A stretch of 64,000 nucleotides of DNA from an uncultured Chloroflexia bacterium. GTDB lineage: Bacteria; Chloroflexota; Limnocylindria; Limnocylindrales; CSP1-4. The notes below the pieces were generated by a model. The model saw nothing but the letters and a program-made list of their open reading frames with translations. It was not told the DNA's origin and did no database searches. The translations under genes were made by a program, and so were the position numbers. Of this stretch, positions 62,761 to 64,000 are shown in pieces; position 1 is the first letter of the stretch; every line of letters starts with the position of its first letter. The stretch is taken from positions 150,820 to 214,819 of the forward strand of contig CAVTHS010000004.1 of assembly GCA_963734535.1 (NCBI GenBank), in the 5' to 3' direction.

Positions 62761-63633
62761 CTAGAAGTCGAGTTCGCGGAGGTACGCGCCGAACTCTTCC
62801 CCCAGGTCCGGGCGCGCGAGCGCCAGCTCGACCGAAGCCTTCAGCCAACCCATGGTCGTGCCGGCATCGTAGCGAGTCCCGTCGAACTCGTAGCCGTACA
62901 CCGCCTGCTCCTCCATGAGCGCCTGGATCGCGTCCGTGAGCTGGATCTCTCCCCCGGCGCCGTGGGTGGTCTGCTCCAGCTTGTCGAAGATCTTGGGTGT
63001 CAGGACGTAGCGGCCGATGATCGCGAGGTTGGACGGCGAGTAGCCGGGCGCCGGCTTCTCCACCACCTGGTCGATCTTCCAGAGCCGGCCGTCGCCGCCC
63101 TCCACGCGCTGTCCGCCGATCACGCCGTAGCGGGACGTCTCCGACGCCGGCACTTCCATCACGGCCACCACGGACGAGCGGGTCTGGCCGTAGGCGTGGA
63201 CCAGCTGCCCGATGCAGGGTCGCTCGCCGACCACGACGTCATCCGAGAGGATCACCGCGAATGGCTCGTGGCCGACCAGCTCCTTCGCCATCAGGACGGC
63301 GTGGCCGAGGCCCAGCTGCTCCTTCTGCCGCACGTAGGCGATCTGGGCGAGGTCCGTGATGGCGCGGATCTGGCGAAGGCGCTCGATCTCGCCACGCTCC
63401 TCCAGCAGGTGCTCCAGCTCGTAGCTGAGGTCGAAGTGATCCTCGATGGCGCGCTTCTGGCTGGACGTGACGATGATCACCTGCTCGATGCCGGCCGCCA
63501 CGGCCTCCTCGACCGCGTACTGGATGATCGGCTTGTCGACGAGCGGCAGCATCTCCTTGGGCTGGGCCTTGGTGGCAGGCAGGAAGCGGGTGCCCCACCC
63601 GGCGGCGGGGAAGACGGCCTTGCGGACGCGCAT
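62761..63633 (-). CDS. galU: UTP--glucose-1-phosphate uridylyltransferase
   Basis: KAVFPAAGWGTRFLPATKAQPKEMLP, LGLGHAV, VEKP, GEIQLTDAI. Confidence 0.97.
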   Translation of the reverse strand: MRVRKAVFPAAGWGTRFLPATKAQPKEMLPLVDKPIIQYAVEEAVAAGIEQVIIVTSSQKRAIEDHFDLSYELEHLLEERGEIERLRQIRAITDLAQIAYVRQKEQLGLGHAVLMAKELVGHEPFAVILSDDVVVGERPCIGQLVHAYGQTRSSVVAVMEVPASETSRYGVIGGQRVEGGDGRLWKIDQVVEKPAPGYSPSNLAIIGRYVLTPKIFDKLEQTTHGAGGEIQLTDAIQALMEEQAVYGYEFDGTRYDAGTTMGWLKASVELALARPDLGEEFGAYLRELDF

Positions 63634-63755
63634 GAAACCTCGAAAGCTCGCAATTCGGGCGATGGCCGGACGGGCGGCGAATGGCCCGTCCTGCCGGGCA
63701 CCCCAAGTATACGAGGGCCGCCGAGCCCACCCGTTCGGCGTGCTCTCGGGCCGGA

Positions 63756-64000
63756 TCAGGCGGTCCCGCTCGTCGCCTCGTGCGGCTCGGCAGCCTCCCC
63801 GCCGCGCTGGAGCAGGGCCGCCGCGGCGAGCACGAGGACGCCGCCAGCGACCTGCACGGGACCCAGCAGCTCGGCGAGAAGGATCGCCGCGAGGACCGTG
63901 CCCGCCAGCGGCTCGATCAACGCGATGATGGCGGCCCGGGTGGGACCGATGGCGCGGATGCCGAGCAGGAACAGGAGCGTGGGGATCGACGCGCCGGCCA
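63756..64000 (-). CDS. EamA/DMT transporter, C-terminal part (truncated by the window edge)
   Basis: Manual translation LFLLGIRAIGPTRAAIIALIEPLAGTVLAAILLAELLGPVQVAGGVLVL. Confidence 0.88.
   Translation of the reverse strand, partial: AGASIPTLLFLLGIRAIGPTRAAIIALIEPLAGTVLAAILLAELLGPVQVAGGVLVLAAAALLQRGGEAAEPHEATSGTA

Overview
Very GC-rich bacterial chromosomal window; the gene content and Ser/Pro-rich surface proteins suggest Chloroflexota, possibly Limnocylindria-like (inference). About 50 genes: an IclR-led catabolic operon (aldolase, FGGY kinase, FIST protein, aldehyde dehydrogenase), a diguanylate cyclase, secreted proteins, a ~9 kb cyclic beta-1,2-glucan synthase, a DUF4395-cysE-cysK operon facing a SulP transporter, an ECF42/YciI module, Prim-PolC and LigC, malic enzyme, a TetR/ABC exporter, rplY, an OmpR/HK/HtrA module, folCPB, pknB and galU. 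At least 14 otherwise intact genes carry single-base frameshifts, most likely assembly errors. The best candidate for an undescribed system is a leaderless 28-aa Cys-containing uORF (31740-31826) with mutually exclusive RNA helices ahead of DUF4395-cysE-cysK, which looks like a cysteine-sensing translational attenuator. Also notable: a 59-bp promoter-plus-start-codon duplication linking an aldo/keto reductase and a cation antiporter, a ~190-bp MITE-like element, an IS remnant and two internally deleted gene scars. All calls come from reading the sequence by eye; no database searches were run.
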